Below, one piece after another: positions 63,187-64,000 of a stretch of DNA of 64,000 nucleotides (position 1 is its first letter; every line of letters starts with the position of its first letter). Source of the stretch: Ginglymostoma cirratum (taxonomy: Eukaryota); the NCBI GenBank assembly GCA_024137785.1, contig JAHRHZ010000023.1:7960330-8024329 (forward strand), written 5' to 3'. The notes beneath the pieces were generated by a model. That model had not been told where the DNA came from, did not search any database, and saw only the letters and a program-made list of their open reading frames with translations. The position numbers and the translations under genes were made by a program.

Positions 63187-64000
63187 GTAAGTGTGCAGCA
63201 TTGTTGGAAGCATGAGATGCATATTTGAAAAATATTGCAAATCCTCAGAAAATTGGCTTTTTAAATTGCAAATGGTGAAATTTTATTTTGCTGTGATGCT
63301 CCTTAGATTAACGGTTGGCTAAACTTGAACGGTTTAAATGGGTTGAGTTTAAAATACTGTATTTCACACCAATAAACAAAATAATTAAATCGTTTGACTG
63401 TGAACCTGTTCCATTTTGTATCTGAGCTTAAAACTTCATTCTGGCTCGATATGTGGAAATGTTTTCTGAACATTCAGATACTTGCTTTGGCATACACAAA
63501 ATTTCAATGAATATGATTATTTAGAAAGTACATCAGATGTATTTAATAAATGCAGTTGCGGGATTCTGTAATTTCGGCAATTGACATAATAGTGAAATTA
63601 ACCTTTTTGGTGCATCCACTTCATCATTCTTTTAGGCAGGAGTTTTGCTTTGTGACCTCACTGCACAGAGCGTTAAGCACTTTCAAAGAAAAAGCTAGCC
63701 ACTGCTGTACATCGAAAAAGCCTAATTAAAAAGCACTAGTTGATGTGAAACAAATTTTAATAAAGGGGAAGTCGCAAACAGGAGATTGCAGCTGAATATT
63801 ACAGAGAATGCAAAATTGATACTCGGGTTGTGGGATTGGCATGATTTTAGTTAAAATAATAATACTCTTTCCTAGAGGCATTTTAGGACAGGCATTCTAA
63901 ATAATTACTATCAAGAAATGTTACAAGAAATATAGTAGAATCATAATTTTTGATTCCACCTTTTAGTTCCCTGAACAGCTCAGCTGGGGAAATGGAAATA

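Overview
Vertebrate genomic DNA, most likely a shark or ray (inferred from HE1-like tRNA SINEs, CR1 and Penelope remnants). The window holds the 5' halves of two chromatin genes arranged head-to-head on one CpG-island promoter (start codons 14007 and 14588). GLYR1/N-PAC is on the minus strand: 7 coding exons, 178 codons, covering the PWWP domain, AT-hook and LSD2-binding DPHFHHFLLSQ peptide; the gene continues off the left edge. UBN1/ubinuclein-1 is on the plus strand: 13 coding exons, 618 codons, covering the HRD/HUN domain and middle domain; it continues off the right edge. All exons were read by hand, have GT-AG ends and join in frame. The introns contain CR1 LINE fragments, several SINE families, Penelope-like remnants and one 400-N gap that looks artefactual. 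The most interesting unexplained signals are: (1) minimal hammerhead-ribozyme motifs in short Penelope-derived repeats and in a ~1.3 kb Penelope palindrome, one core-intact copy lying in the sense of UBN1 intron 1; (2) several candidate poison/decoy exons in GLYR1 introns 4 and 7, two with RNA structure at or near the donor, and one in UBN1 intron 1; (3) mirror-image YY1/Kozak motifs, one starting GLYR1 and the other starting an 18-codon uORF ahead of UBN1. Repeat boundaries are approximate, and repeat family names come from recognition rather than a database search.
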